NCBI GenBank assembly: GCA_038087875.1
Contig: CM075988.1
Span: forward strand, 8,868,001 to 8,932,000
From: Malacoraja senta
Taxonomy: Eukaryota
Direction of reading: 5' to 3'
DNA: 64,000 nt
Shown here: positions 34,845 through 48,213 of the stretch, piece after piece
Numbering within the stretch: the first letter of the stretch is position 1
Layout of the letters: every line of letters begins with the position of its first letter
Translations under genes and position numbers: made by a program
Notes under the pieces: model-generated
The model's input: only the letters and a program-made list of their open reading frames with translations
The model's database searches: none
Told to the model about the DNA's origin: nothing

Positions 34845-37800
34845 TGGCCCTGTCTCACGGTGCGAGTTGACCCACGAGGTACCCCGAGTGAAAGACTCGT
34901 GGTTGTGTACGAGATTCCAAGTGTATGATCGAGAGTTTAACCGAGTTCCCACGGGTATGACTACGTTTGCCGTTAACTGTCATTTCTGCGATGTTCCAAG
35001 TTCGTCTCCCGAGTTACCAAGTTCCTCTCCCGAGTTACTCTTGAGCCAAACGTGAATGTAGGTCTGTTTTAATAAGCAACAGTGTTACTGAAGAAGGGTT
35101 TCGACCCGAAACGTCGCATATCTCTTCTCTCTGTAGATGCTGCCTCACCCGCTGAGTTTCTCCAGCATTTTTGTCTGCCTTTGCATAGTTACAAGCCTAG
35201 TTACCACCGTTTTTAAACAAAACAATATTCATGCTCAACATTATGTTTATCCAAGTATGTTCACTGTACTTCCTTTACTGTAATAGACGTTGGAACCTCC
35301 TGAGTTTGTGATGGGCGCTATTTAAATACAGGGATGTCTTTTCATTGCTGGACGTTTTTCCCTGTAACATATTTAATAGAATTTAAACTTTATAATTAAA
35401 CTATTCGCATCCGCATATAAAATCTGAATTAAGCCGAATTACTCATTGAACTGGCAATCGTGACATGGAAGCCATAAAGACGGAAATGGCAGACACAGAC
35501 GCAGAATATTTGTATCTGCATTGCATTTACGTGCAGTTCATTTGGACCACAGTCTATGGCCCTTCCGCTGCAGGATATTGAATTGGGGACACCCGTCAGA
35601 CAAGGGTAGGGATATCACCCCAAGGGGCACATAGCGACAAGAGAGTTTTGTTTAAATATAGATGGAAACACTCCTAAGTATGACACTATTGAATGTATAG
35701 ACACTGATAATGCATTGCACTGTTTTTGTTTTGTGCACATTTCTTATTCTGAGTAAAGTTTATTTTAGAAAAATACCGAAGGCATTAACCACTGAGAATC
35801 TATGAAAAGATTTTGCATGTTTTTTGTTTTATACATATTATTATTCAGGAGAAAGATTATTTTTGAAATTACACATGGCATTGGTGTATTGCATATCCTG
35901 TACATCTTTTTATGAATAACGTTTTTTTTTTAGAAATAAATCCACTGAAGGCACTGTTGTGTTTCTACAAATATAGCAAACTCTCAAAATATTGTTCCTT
36001 TGGCTAGTTTATAGTCTTTAACTATTTATTTTTATAACTGTGGTCTAATGTATTAAACTATTGGTAACAAAAAAACCCAAAGGAAATATGCAGGATTATG
36101 TCACTTTTTAATATCTGCTGGCAGAAAATATATTTACTACTCTACATATATTTATCAAAAAAAAGAGTGTATACGTTATATATTTTACAAATGTCACTCT
36201 TGCTGTAGGATTTTGTTCGGAAATAATTAAAATAGCAAGTGAAATGTAGTTATATTGCCAGGGAATGGCTTAAAATTGCTTGCTAAATTTAGGTTAGCAA
36301 TAAAATACAGCAACGATTCAAATAAATTATAGAAAAATGTGTTTATTATTTCATTATTGTCATGTGTACTGAGTGAAAAGCTTTGTTTTGCATACTATCT
36401 TATCAGATGGATAGCATCGGTTTGGAAGGATATGGGCCATACGCTGGCATGTGGGGCGCCATGTTCCGCATGGAGAAATTGGACCAAATAAGCTGTTTCC
36501 GTGTTGTATGACTGACTCTATGAGATCAAATAATATTATACTTCATTATAATGAAGTCAAACTCAAGTACGAATCGAAGTGCAGTATACAGAGTGCAGAA
36601 TACAGTTCTCAGCATTGCACCGCACCAGTTGCACAGAGAGTCCAAATGTCTGTAATGAGGCAGAGGTGAATCAGACAGTACCTTCGGTTATAGAAAGACC
36701 TTAAAGAGACCTGATAATAGAGGGGAAGAAGCTGTTCCCGAGGCTGGGAGTGCGCGCTTTCAAACTTCTGTACCGCCCGCTGGACGGGAGCAAGGAGAAG
36801 AAGAAATGACCGGGATGGGACAAGTCTTTGATTATATATGTTGTGAGGCAGCGTGGAGTGTAAATGGAGTCAATGGTGGGAGACCTGGTCTTTGTAAAAT
36901 AATATATCCTATAAGATTTTTTTCTCATTTTGAGACGTATAGTAAAAGACTGTGTTCCGATACTAACTATTAAATCCCTTAAACTTGCAAAATAACTGTT
37001 TATTAGTTCTGGCGAGGACAGCTGACCCTTTACTTGTGCAGTGACAAGGGGAGGAGTTCTCGTAATTAACATAAGGAATGGAAATGAAACGTTCACAATA
37101 TAATCACTGTGAAATAAGTTGATTCCTTTCAACCAACTAATGCTGCAGGGGACGAAAGATTTTGACGGTGTCGTCCAATTTAGAGAGCATTAAGATGTCT
37201 TAAATCACAAGAGAACTTGTTCATGAAATATTAGTGTTTATCTGAGTTACAAGAAGCAACTATCAACAAAGTTGTTGATCCGACGAGAAAACGATGTTGG
37301 AATACATGAAAATAACCATGGAAAATGAAATACAGTATATAGCCTCTTAAAACTGCAGCTGTCTCGAGGAATCATTGCTAATCTGAAGATATTAAATTCA
37401 TGGTTTATGAGAAACTTTCTTGGTTGGTTTTCGGCTTGCCTTCTCTTTGGACTGCTTTATGCTTGACTAGTCTCACAATTCCTTTCAAACTTTGAGACCC
37501 GACATAAATCAAACATTTCAGCGGTAGTCTTATCATTATTTACCACATCAGATTAGTGCAACTGTGACAAAGCTTTGCAAGGAGATCATTATCAATTTAC
37601 TCCATACGTACAAAGGTTTGAGACTTTTTTTTAATTGATCTATATTCACGGCAAAGAATGAGGAAAGTGGGTGAGTTTATATGTATTTTTGACATTTCAT
37701 GAATTAAAGCAAAATAGATCATATTCCGGAAGAAATTGTAACTGATGTCAAAATACCGTGGCTGGATTTATTAATTAAACGGGGCTCTGATGAAAGATCG

Positions 37801-38121
37801 CACTCGAAACGTTAATCCAACACGGTAGACCCAAGAGTCACTAAGTTTAACTCAAGGGCCACCAAGTTCTTACAACGAGTTTAAATGTTTCAATTTTTAA
37901 CCTCAAGAGTAAATTTTACTCGTGGAAAACTTTAAACATGTTTGAACTTTTTCAAGAGTTAACAAGTTTCACGTGTACCTGCCGTTAGCGCCACGAGTCG
38001 CTAAGTTGCGTCCACGAGTTCCGACGTTCCCACTACGTTAATTGTACGTGATTACCATGAGTTAAATTTGTTTTAAACTCGGGGTACCCCGTGGGTCAGC
38101 TCGCACCGTGAGACAGGGGTT
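34845..38121. mobile_element. 3.3-kb non-autonomous PIF/Harbinger-type DNA transposon
   Basis: About 45-bp terminal inverted repeats (TIRs; CCCTGTCTCACGGTGCGAGYTGACCCACGRGGTACCCCGAGT) and TAA TSD at 34842-44 and 38122-24. Confidence 0.8.
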
Positions 38122-39071
38122 TAAGGCAGTGAATCTCCTTGATAATACAAGCAAGAGAAATGGACTGCCCTACTCTGTACTGATGTAATTTTTCATTAAT
38201 AGGAGCACTATAAATCTTAGAATATTACATAGTTTAATGAATGCGTAAAAGTACACAGGAAGATAAAGAAATCCATACAAGACTTTTATAAAAATGCACT
38301 GTGCAATATTTCCTTTATTCAATTAATTTTTAATAGTTGTGCACATATTTTATTTTATATATTATTAATACATGCAATTTTGATTTCAGCTGAGCCATCC
38401 CCGTGATTACGTATTGATTTACCTGCAGTTTTATATTGTCTGTATATCAAAGAATGCTGAATAATAAGATCATTGAGAAAACGAAAATAGATGCGTGTTC
38501 CACTGGCAGTCGGATATTATTTATTTTTTGAACACATTTACATGCTTATTTTTTTACCTAAACATATAGGTTTTGTTTTATTTTTCAGCTGGATCTAAAT
38601 CTATGCACTATTAAAGATAGCTGTATCATGAATGCCAGCATGTAGTATGGGTGAGAACTATATATGTCAGGCTAGTAATAATAAGGCAGTGACTCTCCTT
38701 GATAAGACAAGCAAGAGAAATGGACTACCCTACTCTATACTGATGTAAATGCAAGGAATCAATGCAGGGGGTCACAGGGCCTGTTTTGCCATGAAAGATG
38801 ATGATGATCGAACATCTACACCATCTACTTCCCTGGCTGCAACCATGTCCCTTGATTCCCATTGAGTTAAAATTAAATATTGGTGGGTGGGTTCAGATGA
38901 TGGAAAGGCTAATGGGGATAATTACACTGGGGGTTGTTTTGCAGTAAAATTCGAGTGGGGGTATTTACTGCAGGGGTAATTTTGCAGTAGCCAAATAATA
39001 TCCCAAACTTTGATATATGGAAGGAACATAATCTAGTCAAAAAGAGAACAGGCGATGGAGTGTGATGATAT

Positions 39072-39562
39072 TAGGGTTGCCAACAGTCCCGTATTAGCCG
39101 GGACATCCCGTATATTGGGCTAAATTGGTTTGTCCCATACGGGACCGCCCTTGTCCCGTATTTGACTGCTACTACTCGGGTTGAGGGGCTGTCGGGTCAG
39201 AGCGCTGCGTCCGGACCCGCCTCACCCGTCGCTACGTAATGCAGCCCCTGGAGTGCAGCAGCAGTGTCACGCCTGTGGCCCCGTTGGTTGGCAGCCCGGC
39301 CAGTTGTCCAACCTTCGGACCTTCGCTTACTGCCGACACCACCGCCGCTCCTTCCCATGGCCGATCATCGGTTCTTTGCGCACGGCCCTGGCCAAAACAC
39401 CTCAGCTGGGCTGCCGGTTGGGCTTTGTGTGCAGTCCAGCACCTGGGCCAACTCATCATTCACCCAGCCACAGCCGAGTTGGTCAACAAATTGCCGTTGG
39501 GAATCTGTCCCTTATTTTGACCTTTTGTCCCTTATTTGGGAGTGAGAAAGTTGGCAACCCTA
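39072..39562. mobile_element. hAT non-autonomous element (Tip100-like termini)
   Basis: TIR TAGGGTTGCCAAC and perfect 8-bp TSD GATGATAT. Confidence 0.9.
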
Positions 39563-39861
39563 GATGATATGGTGGCACAATGATTAATAGAGCTGCTTCT
39601 CAGCTTCAGGGACTCCAGGTTCAATCCTAACCTTGGATGCTGTTTGTGTGCTGTTTGGCTGTTCTATCCGTGACAGGGTTGTGTTCCTTCCATATCCTTA
39701 AAACTGGTAGAATAATTGACAAATGTAAAATCCCCCCCAGTGTATGTGGGTGATAGGAGAACTGGGGGGAGTAGATTGGCATGTGAGAGGGAACAGATCA
39801 CTGGGAAATGAGTTCCTATTGTTAGGGTGGCAATAAAGCTAATGATAACAAGGGTGTAATG

Positions 39862-40475
39862 CAGGGATCGGCAACCTTGTTCTGCATAGGGGCCAGGACG
39901 CATGTCTGAAAGCAGATAGTAGGCCACATCTATCACGTGTACACATGGATCCTGCCCCCATCCCGCCCCGGATGGCAGGCCTCAAATCACGTGTTCACAG
40001 AGATCCCGCCCCTTCCAGCATGCCACCTGGAGCACTGACCCCTAGTTACAGGCGCTCGCGAACATGGCATACCTACAGACCATTGCCTTGGCTCTCTCCT
40101 TAAGGCGGTGGCTCAAATAGTCACACTCACTCGTCCCCGGCCTATTGACAACCCCGATCCTGACAGCGAAGCCCAGACACAGAAGGTGCGCGGCCGTGCC
40201 GGCGGCTTTGAACAGGATGCGGTACAGCCAGAGCTCGGCCGTGCTTGGTGCTCAGCCGTGCTCGGTGGCACTCGGCGGCTCTGCCAATGCGGCCGCCAGC
40301 GCAGGCCTCCTTGCGTCACCGCGCCAGGGCGCCACAACCTCAGGCCCAGGAGATTCCGGAGATGATGGAAGTCTGCGGGCCAGATGATTACAGAAAAATA
40401 ATATACACCTGCGGGCCGGATGATTTTGGGTTATGGGCCACATTCGGCCTGGGGGCCGTAGGTTGCCGACCCCTA
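39862..40475. mobile_element. hAT non-autonomous element (Charlie-like termini)
   Basis: TIR CAGGGATCGGCAACCT / AGGTTGCCGACCCCTA and 8-bp TSD GTGTAATG. Confidence 0.9.
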
Positions 40476-41014
40476 GTGTAATGGGAAGAGAAAGAACATG
40501 CAGATAAAAGTATTCACCTGGAAGGATAAACAAAATTAGCCACAAAGGGATCTTTATTGGATCACATTTAACCTTCATAACAAGGCAAATGAACTGATGA
40601 CACAATTAGGAATAAATTGATATAATCCGTGTGGATTTACAAAATTGTGGGGGAAGGTGACCGCTGTTATACTTAGCATGATTGTGCTTAATGTACGGCA
40701 GGATTGTCACTGAACTGTATGCAAAAAAAGAATGTCATTGTACTTGGGTACACAGGATAATAAAGTACCATTGAGAGTGAGAACTGAACATTCTCATGTC
40801 AGTGATATTACAGAAGACAGGCAGAATGTAAAAGCATGTGTTACAAACGGATAAGATCGGTACAGGAGTGAGAAGTGATCTTGACTTGAAAGATAAGATG
40901 TAGAAACAGTTTAGGTGGAAATTAAAAATAGGTGAAAGCATTTACTGATGATAGAAGTTAACAGGCTTCCCAATAAGAGCTAATACGTAGGGCAGTATAA
41001 AACAAGAATTGTTA

Positions 41015-41654
41015 AGGGGCTGTCCCACTGCGGCGACCTAATCTGCTAGTTTAGAAGAGTGTCTTCGACCTTCAAACTCGCAGCATGGTCGATACGTGGT
41101 CCTAGGAGGTCCTATGAGGTCACTGGAACTCTCCTTCATGCTCGACGGAAGTTCCTGAATAGTCGTGGCCTCAGCTAGTTTGCCAAAGATTTTTCAGCAT
41201 GTTGAAAAATTTTCCGCGAGTAAAATTTGGTCAGCATGGGTCTTTTTAACTCATAGTGCAGTGGAGTGAGGTAACTATTTAGTTACAGGCAGACGAGGGG
41301 AGCCGTAGGCAATCTCCTTCGCTGACCGGGCATTTTGATTGGCTCATTGGAGTTTTCAGGACCAAGGAAAACCTACTGGTAGTTAAAATGCCGGCTAAAC
41401 TTTATTATACTTCTTAAAAGTGTCTCCACTCCTTCACCCCCCCCCACTCTCCCCTTCTCCCCCCCTTCTCTCCCCCCTCTCCCATTCTCTCCCCTTCTCT
41501 CCCCCCCCCTCCGCGCTCTCTAAAGGACTTACCGTACACTGTGGCAGCCGTTTTACCTTCCTCTTCATCACAGGTGTGAATATCAGACAGTGCTCCCCCA
41601 CTTTCCCTGGCCCCCACCTTCGCGATAATAAAGTGTGTGTGTGCGCGCGTGTGC

Positions 41655-41689
<35 letters not shown>

Positions 41690-41826
41690 GTTGGTCGATT
41701 CAGCTCGCGGTTTCAACGCGGACGGTCGATCCAGCTCGAGGCTTTCCAGGTGAGTGCCCTCGAGCTTGAAGGTCGAAGACACTCTTCTGGACTCGCGGAT
41801 TAGGTCGCCCAAGTGGGACAGCTCCT
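41015..41826. mobile_element. Harbinger-type MITE with internal (GT)n and pyrimidine tract
   Basis: AGGGGCTGTCCCACT...AGTGGGACAGCTCCT, flanks TTA/TAA. Confidence 0.75.
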
Positions 41827-42139
41827 TAAGAAAGTTAATGCAAAACTGTTTGGGTGAATTTAATTTCCATATAGGGTTGCCAATTTGATTTGTCTAAAAC
41901 AAATGAAGACATTGTCACAAGGTGAATTTTGGAGAGTTTCAAAGAACAATACATTTTTAATCTCTATCCAACTGGATCCTCAACTTCCTCCTTGCCATAT
42001 CCCAATCAGTAAGAATTGGCAACAACACTTCCTCCTTGATACACATCAGCTGTTACCCACGAATGTTTAGCTAGACATTGTTCCAATGCTGTCTTTAAAT
42101 TCGCCATTATACCACCGGCGAATAATGGGTAAGATTTAT

Positions 42140-42765
42140 TCGAGTATAGGAGGGAAATTGAAAATCTGATTAAAAGGTCCCAGAACAACAACATTACTCT
42201 CAATGCTAGCAAGACCAAGAAGAGTAAACAACTTCAAGTTCCTGGGCATGTATATCTCTGAAGGTCTGTTCAGGGCCCAGCACATTGATGTAATCATAAA
42301 GAAAGCCAATCGATGCCTCTATTTCCTCAGAAGATTGAGGAGATTCGGCAAGTTGATGAACACTGTCTTGAACGGTAGTGAATGCATCACAGTGTCGTTC
42401 AGCAACTCTGGCTGAACGACCACCCTGGCCTTGTTCTCATTTCACTCCTACCAAAAGCTATAGGAGTCTGAAGGTATAAAGATTTTTACCACCAGGTTCA
42501 AGAATAGCTTCTTCCCAACAACCATTGGGCTCTTGAACACTAGACAACATTAACCTCAACCATGAACTTCTATCGATTTTCTTTGATTGCATCAAGGACC
42601 TCGGGTTATTTTTTTTGCACTAGTATTGGGGTTATTGATTTATTTAATTTTTGTTGATTATTTATTATTTATGTGCATTGTGTTTGCAGGCCTGTTATGC
42701 TGTTGCATGTGACATTTCATTCTTCCTTTGTAAGTACATGTGGCAACTAACACTTTTGACTCTCT
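42140..42765 (+). mobile_element. Degenerate Rex1/Babar 3' fragment (others about 10900-11380 +, 36340-36890 -)
   Basis: FKFLGMYISE...KKANRCLYFLRRLRRFG and SFFP motifs. Confidence 0.7.
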
Positions 42766-44204
42766 CTTACCCAGGCAAGGAACAGGATATTTTAGTTCTG
42801 GTCATGTGTAACAAAACACTTGAGAGATCAGGTAGAATCTGTGGAGAGGGAAATAGATTTAACATTTAACTTATTATATATCACACTGGTGACTCATCCT
42901 AAATTAAGCCTAGGTCCACCTGGAGTCCTTTGAGGAGAATCTGACTTTGATGTTAAGCCTGATGGTGAAAGTAAATTATAAAGAGGTGGGATAGTGGGGG
43001 CATGGCGGCGCAGCAGTAGAGTTGCTGTCTTACAGCGTTGCAGCGCCAGAAACCCAGGATCGAACCCAACTATGGGTGCTGTCTGTATGGAGTTTGTACG
43101 TTCTCCCCGTGGCCACGTGGGTTTTCTCCGAGATCTTCGCTTTCCTCCCACACTCCAAAGAGGTACAGGTTTATACCAATTGGCTTGGTATAAATGTAAT
43201 TTGTCCAAAATGTGGTAAGATAGTGTTAATGTGCGGGGATCGCTGGTCGGTGCATAGTCGGTGGGCTGAAGGGCCTGTTTCCACGCTATATCTCTAAACT
43301 AACTAAACTAATCCAGAAATAGTCATGTGAGCTGAATTTTTTCGTAAGTTCAAATCATAACTTGTTCATTTAATTGCAGGACTCAGTTGAAACCTATATG
43401 ACGAGAACAGTAGCATCTATAGATCTCTTTAAAAAAATGCTGGCATTTCTGAAATATGAGCAGAATATGGAAATTTGTGAGAAAATATAATATAAAATCC
43501 CAAAGCAGATGAAACAGAATTGTACATTAAGTATGTTAATAAGGCAGACAGATTAATAATGAATGCATTCTTTATGAGAATTCCAACTCGCCAGAAGATC
43601 TGACCAATGACTGTCTGTTACTAAATTAAAAAAAGAAAATTGGTATTTATATAACTTTTTTTATCAAGTTCTCATGACATCCCACACTATTTCTCACCCA
43701 TTGAATTTACAATTTGAAGTGTCCTGCAGCCAAAATGCACATAGCTCCGCGACTGAGATGAGATACTGTACACTTGGTGAGATGAGCCCAACACTTGAAG
43801 ATTCACCTCCCTTCCTGTCAACCATGTCACTTGCATGCCCCAAACTCAGAGGCACATGCAGCATGGACACAGACACTGAGTGTGAATTATTTCCACAGGG
43901 CCAGCTCCAGTTTGCCTGCATCAAGAATTAGATATTTTAGTTGAGATGTGAAAAAAAAGTAATAGGAACCTGAGGGGTACCCTTTTCACACAGAGGGTGG
44001 AGGGTATATGGAACGAGCTTTCAGAGTTATTAGTTGACGCAAGTACAATAATCACATTAAAAAACAAACATTTGGACAGGTACATGGATAAGAAATGTTT
44101 TAGAGGGATATGATCCAAACGCAGGTGATGGGACTAGTTTAGTTGCTTGGCATGGGCGAGTTTGACCGAATTCACCCACTTTAGCGTCATCCTTGTCTAA
44201 TGAT

Positions 44205-45290
44205 CATAGAATCATAGAATCATAGAAAATAGGTGCAGGAGTAGGCCATTCGGCCTTTGAGCCAGCACCGCCATTCAATATGATCATGGCTGATCATCCA
44301 ACTCAGTATCCCGTACCTGCCTTCTCTCCATACCCCCTGATCCCCTTAGCCACAAGGGCCACATCTAACTCCCTCTTAAATATAGCCAATGAACTGGCCT
44401 CAACTACCTTCTGTGGCAGAGAATTCCAGAGATTCACCACTCTCTGTGTGAACAATGTTTTTCTCATCTCGGTCCTAAAAGACTTCCCCCTTATCCTTAA
44501 ACTGTGACCCCTTGAACTGTGATGATTCATATATCTCAACTAGGGGTTTCTACAATTTCTTCTCTAGCTTTCCAGTGTCCGTGGATACATCTAATCAGGC
44601 CTGGGAGTTTTATCTACCTTTATACGCCTTAGGACTTGCAGAACCTCCACGGCCATAATACAAATTGTCCTCGACATCACCATTAACTGTCCCAAGTTCA
44701 CCAGTCTTCATGTCTCTTTCCATGATAAAAACAAAGGAGATATACTCATTGAGGAACTTGCCCATCTCCTGTGACTCCACACAGAGATGACCGTTTTGGC
44801 TTCTGAGGGCTTTATTCTCTCTGTGGTTTCCTCTTTGCCTTAATGTACTCACTGATCTCTTTGGATTTTCCTTAATATCCAGAGCGCTCTCCTACCCCAC
44901 TTGTGCCTTCCTATTTTCCTTCTTAAGTATGTTCTTCAGTTCCTGAAACTCTTCCAGGGATACACTTGATCCCAGCTGTGTATACCTGTCCCATACCACC
45001 ACCCTATTCCTCATCAGAGTCTCAATCCAGGCTTCCTTGTTCCCACCTGCCTTGCCCTTCACTCTAACAGGAACATGCATACCCTGAACACCTGTCACCG
45101 CACTTTTAAGATACCCATTCCTTCCTTCTCTCCAGAGATGCTGCCTGTCCCGCTGAGTTCCTCCAGCTGTTTGTGTCTATCTCCACTTTCCAAATGTTCC
45201 TTTGCCCCTAAACAGCCTACTCCAAACAAAGTAAGTACATTTCTGTCTAATACCATCTAAGTTGGCCTTGTCCTATTTCACGATTTGAAT
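44205..45290 (-). mobile_element. CR1 fragments (young 3' end at 44205-44515, older internal piece 44540-45290)
   Basis: 44225-44512 is closely similar to the reverse complement of 56885-57175. Confidence 0.8.
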
Positions 45291-45964
45291 TTAGCTCAAG
45301 AAATTTTTCTCTTCTTCAATTAGGACTAAGGTTCTTCATTACTTCCATCTGTCCTTGCTGACAGATGCTTATTTTAAACTTAATGGGAGTGTAGAATCTT
45401 CAACAGCTCGATCAATAGTGCATTGAAATGTCAATCTTAGATTATGTGCTCAAATTCTGGATTTTAAATTAGGTAGTTAAATCCTAAAGTAGGGATTTAA
45501 TGAAAAGCCTCTGATAGTGGTGAGAGTGAGACTAAGCCAACACATTACTTTTAATTCAGTTTAGCTTCAGGTGGAAGTGGATTAGGAACACAATCATTTG
45601 TTGGATATACCTGCATGTGTTTATTGTAGGCACCCAGGAGATTTCTAAGTAACAGATAGAATGCTTTTGTACATTACATGTGTACAGTGAAGAATAAATG
45701 CTGCTCCTATGGAATCCCTTAATGGTTGCTTTGCTGAGAGTTAGAGTGATAATGGCACTCAAGTTTTCCAGGTCAGCTCTGTCGCGTAACTTTTCCAAGC
45801 AATTTTTTGTAGCTGGTATGAAGAACAAGCAAAAGGTAGGAATGAAAAGAAAATTAGGCTCAGTGCAATTAGGAGATTTTTGTTGGCTGGGAATATTGAA
45901 GGGTGAGCAGCTGAGAAAGTTGGAGTTCAGATATAGATCAGTTAGTTTAGTTTAGTTTAGAGAT

Positions 45965-46017
45965 GGGGGTCAAGGAAAGAGCATTCACGTCGCGGCCCTG
46001 TTTCCACCAATCTTTCC
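45965..46017 (+). ncRNA. Minimal HDV-like ribozyme fold, copy B
   Basis: P1 GGGGGTC/GGCCCT, P2 GGAAAGA/TCTTTCC, P3 GCA/CGC (1 mismatch), L3 TTCACGT, GT-TTCCA, J4/2 CCAA. Confidence 0.8.
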
Positions 46018-46135
46018 ACCACCATGCACAAGAAGCACAAGAAACACAAGACAGACACCATTGTGCAGATGCCGAGAAGTGTGTTCAGCTCTGGCTGAAC
46101 AACTTCTAATCTTGTACGTGGACTTGATAAGAAGA
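45965..46135 (+). mobile_element. Short non-autonomous ribozyme-headed retroelement, second subfamily
   Basis: TSD AGTTTAGAGAT/AGGTTAGAGAT (45954-64 and 46136-46), (AAG)n tail. Inserted into the tail of a minus-strand V-SINE. Confidence 0.72.
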
Positions 46136-46834
46136 AGGTTAGAGATACAGAATGGAAACAGGTCATGCGGTGAAAGGAGTTCATGCCGACATCTTCACAC
46201 TAGTTCTATGTTATCCCACTTTCTCATCCATTGCCTACACACGAGGGGGAAATTTACAAAGGCCAATTAACGTACAAACCTGCACGTCTTTGGGATGTGG
46301 GAGGAAACCGGAGCACCCGGAGGAAACCCATATGGTCACAGGGAGAAGGTAGAAACTCCACAGAGGCAGCACCTGAGGTCAGGATGGAACCCAGGTCTCT
46401 AATGTTGTGAGGCAGCGGCTCCACCAGCTGCACCACTGAGCAGCATTAACCTGAATGTCACCTATGTGGTTTAGTGTGCACTTTAATAGAACGCTGGCCG
46501 TTGACAATAATAAAGGCTAGGAAAATAATATGTGGCAACTAGCAATGAAGGGAAAGGAAATCCAGAGTATAGGAGTGATTTCAGTGATATTATCATTGTC
46601 TCTGTGTTAGGACATTGAGTCCAGAACTAGGGGCCACAGTTTAAGAATAAGGGGTAAGCCATTTAGAACTGAGATGAGGAAACACTTTTTCTCACAGAGA
46701 GTTGTGAGTCTGTGGAATTCTCTGCCTCAGGGCGGTGGAGGCTGGTTTTCTGGATACTTTCAAGAGGGAGCTAGCTAGGGCTCTTAAAGGTAGCGGAGTC
46801 AGGGGATATGGGGAGAAGGCAGGAACGGGGTACT

Positions 46835-48213
46835 CAGGGTCGGATTTAGATGAAGAGAGGCCCTAGGCTATTCCACTTGTGAGGCCCCTCCCAATCCCCC
46901 ACCCCCACGACGAGAGGAAGATGGAAGAGTCCACCAGATTGACACCAGATGTGTAGCCGAGCATGGCCAATGAGATAAGGGCTGGAAAGCTGCGCTTTTT
47001 ATTTATTGCCACTGCTAGTGTCGAGTTATCGGCTTAAAACACTATTATTCTGAAATAGATGGCAAAGAAAATTTCTGAAGTGTTGTTTAGAGACTACAGT
47101 GTGTTGTGACAGCATATGTAAGAAAGGCCTATGACAGTCAAAAATATTATACACCAGGCCCATACGAAGCTTTTCAAAGAGGGGGTTGGCATGGCAGGAT
47201 TACACAAATTTTATGTGAAATAAGTGCACGCAGCGTATATCACAAGCGTGAAGCTCAAAGACCCTTGCGGCCGGGGTACAGGGCCCGCTTAAGGGCCCTG
47301 GAAGCTCTGGGGTTTTAGATGCTCTCTGGTGCATTCTGAGACTTATTTTGGAGCATTTTTGCACCAGATTTATGACCAATATTTCAGAAGTCATTTTGGT
47401 TGAGTCAAGAGTAATGAGTGGTTGGAATGGGATGATTGGGGTCATTGTTGTATACATTTTTTTAAATCAAGAATTGAAGCTGTCCTTATTTTAATAATCA
47501 AGTTGTACTGTAAAATGTTATGTCAAATGTTATAAAGGAGCATGCAAACTGCAAATAAAATACTGTAAGTTTTTGAAGTAAATAAAACCTTTTTTTTTAG
47601 AAAATGTTTTGTGTGTTGATTTGATTGCCTGTTACTGTCCGACTCTGTTAGTGTGTGCACATTAAAAATATGATTCAAAATGAAAGTCGCAAACTATGGA
47701 ATACATATTTTTCAGTATTGTTATCAAGGAAAAGAAAGCAGTTTCAATTGTTTGATATTATTCATATGGAGGAGAAAATATAATTGCTCTAAAACCTACC
47801 TTAATTTTGCAATCTCACTAAAAGAATCCCCCTTTCCCTCCCCCCTCCTCCTTCCCCCTCCTCCTTCCCCCTCCCTCTCCTCCACCTCTCTCTCCCTCCC
47901 CCCTTCCCCTCTCTCTTTCTCCCCTCCCCTCCCTCTCTCTTCCCCCTCTGTCTCAACCCCCCCCCTTTCCCCCTCTCAGATCCCCCCTCTCTCTCCCTCC
48001 CTCCCCCTCTCTCTCCCTCCCACGCAGCGAGGCTCTGACACCGCGCCACAGAACCAGAATTTCGGGTGATTTCCGTCAAAGTGGAAATGCTGATAGCTCT
48101 CCAATTTTACTTTTCTCTGGATTGTGTTTACTCTGGGGAAAAAAACGCTTTGACTCCCTAGATTTTGAGGTCTAAGCTTAAGCTTGTGAAGCTTATACGT
48201 AAATCCGGCCCTG
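46835..48213. mobile_element. 1.38-kb hAT non-autonomous element inserted into a CR1 3' end
   Basis: TIR CAGGGTCGGATTTA / TAAATCCGGCCCTG and 8-bp TSD GGGGTACT. CR1 sequence resumes after the TSD. Confidence 0.9.

Noticed and set aside
45611..45812. Weak resemblance of DLENLSAIITLTLSKAT to SIAE ELEDLVAVDLQWSKPT
   Set aside because: Short, from memory, and inconsistent with the recalled SIAE exon boundary. Not called a pseudogene.
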